This document shows positions 52,065 to 53,700 of a stretch of DNA of 53,700 nt, piece by piece. Source of the stretch: Octopus bimaculoides. Taxonomy: Eukaryota. The stretch's first letter is position 1. Every line of letters starts with the position of its first letter. The notes under the pieces were generated by a model that was not told the origin of the DNA, searched no databases, and saw only the letters and a program-made list of their open reading frames with translations. The stretch covers positions 97,813,622 to 97,867,321 of the forward strand of contig NC_068986.1 in assembly GCF_001194135.2 (NCBI RefSeq), written 5' to 3'. Both the position numbers and the translations under genes were made by a program.

Positions 52065-52720
52065 CTTTTTTTTCAGAAAATACATCTTATATATGTACAT
52101 GTATAATAAAATAACTGTACGATATGCCAGATAATTCAAAAATGTTGTTTTGTTGAAAATCAATGTAATTCATTAGAATAACATAAAACAGAAATGAAAT
52201 ACTTTAAAATGAAGTTTCTTTCAATGTATAAGTTATGCTGTCCAGTTCCTATGTCTCATTTTTTAAATTTCATCGCTGTATAACTGTAGGTTTCATTTCA
52301 AAAGCAAGCCTATGACAGAAAGTTACTGTGTATTTGTTCAGCTTTTTAAATGCATCAAGGACAACTCCAATCTGTTTTCTAGCAAAGATTGAAAAACACA
52401 TCACATCGGACAGATTTGGCTTTCTTTGTCTATACACGTTTGTTATAAGGAAAAGCATTGTAATTACTATAATATTATGGTCTAGTACGCGTGGCAGCTT
52501 GCTACGCAAGTTTATGCAAAATCCAACATAAACATTTACGTAATATTTGCGGTTTTAGACATTAGAGTGTCATTCCATCAGACATACATCAAAACCCTGC
52601 GTTCCTTCTCTGTGCGTCTTCCAGACATTATTTTTTTTTTTTTTGCTTATACCGGGAGAAAACAAAAAGTAGATAAAAGTAGGGTTAGGAGATGAATAAT
52701 TAGTATAGTGATTGTGTGAG

Positions 52721-52935
52721 AAGAAGAAGAAGAAGAAGAAGAAGAAGAAGAAGAAGAAGAAGGAGGAGGAGGCGGAGGAGGAGGAGGAGAAGAAGAAGAA
52801 GAAGAAGAAGAAGAGGGGGAGGAGGATGAGGGGAGGAGGATGAGGGGAGGAGGATGAGGAGTGAGGAAGGATGGTGGAGGTGGTGGAAGAGGAGGCGGTA
52901 GAAGATGAGGAGGTCTAGGACATGAAGAAGGAGGA
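52721..52935. repeat. (GAA)n/(GGA)n purine tract with gagggggaggaggat-type ~15-mer repeats
   Basis: Direct reading. Confidence 0.95.
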
Positions 52936-53526
52936 AAAAGTAATATGTAATCAGTGTATCTGGATGAAACATTCTCAGAAGGGTCAGATAGTACGTTGTC
53001 CCTGATCTCATTTGATGGGTGAAAAATTGGTTCAGTTTACCACTAGTGACGACATTAGACAGACAAAAGAGCAAACGGGTGAAATTGGTAATAACGACAA
53101 CAACGATTGCCAGAATGAATGCTTGTAGTGAGAAGAGAGTGATGAGAAGAAAATGAAAGCAATGATACAAATAAAACTGATTATTCATCCCACAGCGATT
53201 AATGGACAGGAATAGAGAGAGAGTGATACTCCTGAGGCATTATTTAAGGGGTCACTATTTGTTGACAGTTCCTCAGAGAAAATGCATCTGGATTCATTTA
53301 GCAATATACACATATGAATTCATACGCCCAATTTTTTGGCTTTTGTATATAATATAATATATATATATTTGTTTTGCAAGATTTTTTATGTGAAATCGTG
53401 TGTTGAAACAGATGTTGTTGTACTTGGGGATGGTCATATTGCCAGTTTAGCCAATAAAAACACACGCACTGTATATTTGGTGTTAATTTGCTTCAGCTTT
53501 ATATTACATCAATCTTAATCTTATTT

Positions 53527-53572
53527 CGGCCAGAGTTCTTTCGTCACACTTCTGTGACCTCATCAGTGGTCC
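53527..53572 (-). ncRNA. Minimal type I hammerhead ribozyme motif with intact core
   Basis: GACCA-CUGAUGA-G-GUCACA-gaag-UGUGAC-GAAA-G-aa-C-UC-UGGCC: all conserved core residues present, 6-bp stem II, 2-bp stem III, CUC cleavage triplet, stem I CCA/UGG. Confidence 0.75.
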
Positions 53573-53624
53573 TTTGTTTCCTTCTTTCTTATGTGTGTCT
53601 CACCTTGCTAAATATCAGCCATTT

Positions 53625-53660
<36 letters not shown>

Positions 53661-53700
53661 ATCATAAATATATAGGGATTGACAGTAACCTGCTTCTCCA

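Noticed and set aside
52950-53320. Protein-looking fragments such as SVYLDETFSEGSDSTLSLISFD
   Set aside because: Stops in all frames, no polypyrimidine acceptor and no recognisable family.

Overview
AT-rich, microsatellite-saturated animal genomic DNA with 11 N-gaps (about 4.9 kb), most flanked by (TA)n or (CA)n. The SINE families and repeat load resemble an octopus (coleoid cephalopod) short-read assembly; this is my pattern recognition, not a database result. No intact host protein-coding gene is supportable. Nearly all long ORFs in the supplied track are artefacts of N-runs or simple repeats. The window is mostly transposon remnants: a CR1-like LINE 3' end, a Tx1/L1-like LINE, several R4/Dong-type (restriction-like endonuclease) LINE fragments tied to (TAA)n tracts, an internally deleted DD34D mariner, a DD37D (maT) fragment, mariner and hAT MITEs, and many copies of two tRNA-like SINE families plus two unclassified repeats. 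The most interesting signal is RNA-structural: three minimal type I hammerhead-ribozyme motifs of the kind known from Penelope-like elements and retrozymes. One has an intact catalytic core (53527-53572, minus). Two belong to a second family (10827-10870 minus, 30765-30808 plus) whose core lesions are complementary, so together they reconstruct a canonical consensus. A few weak exon, promoter and snoRNA candidates are listed at low confidence.
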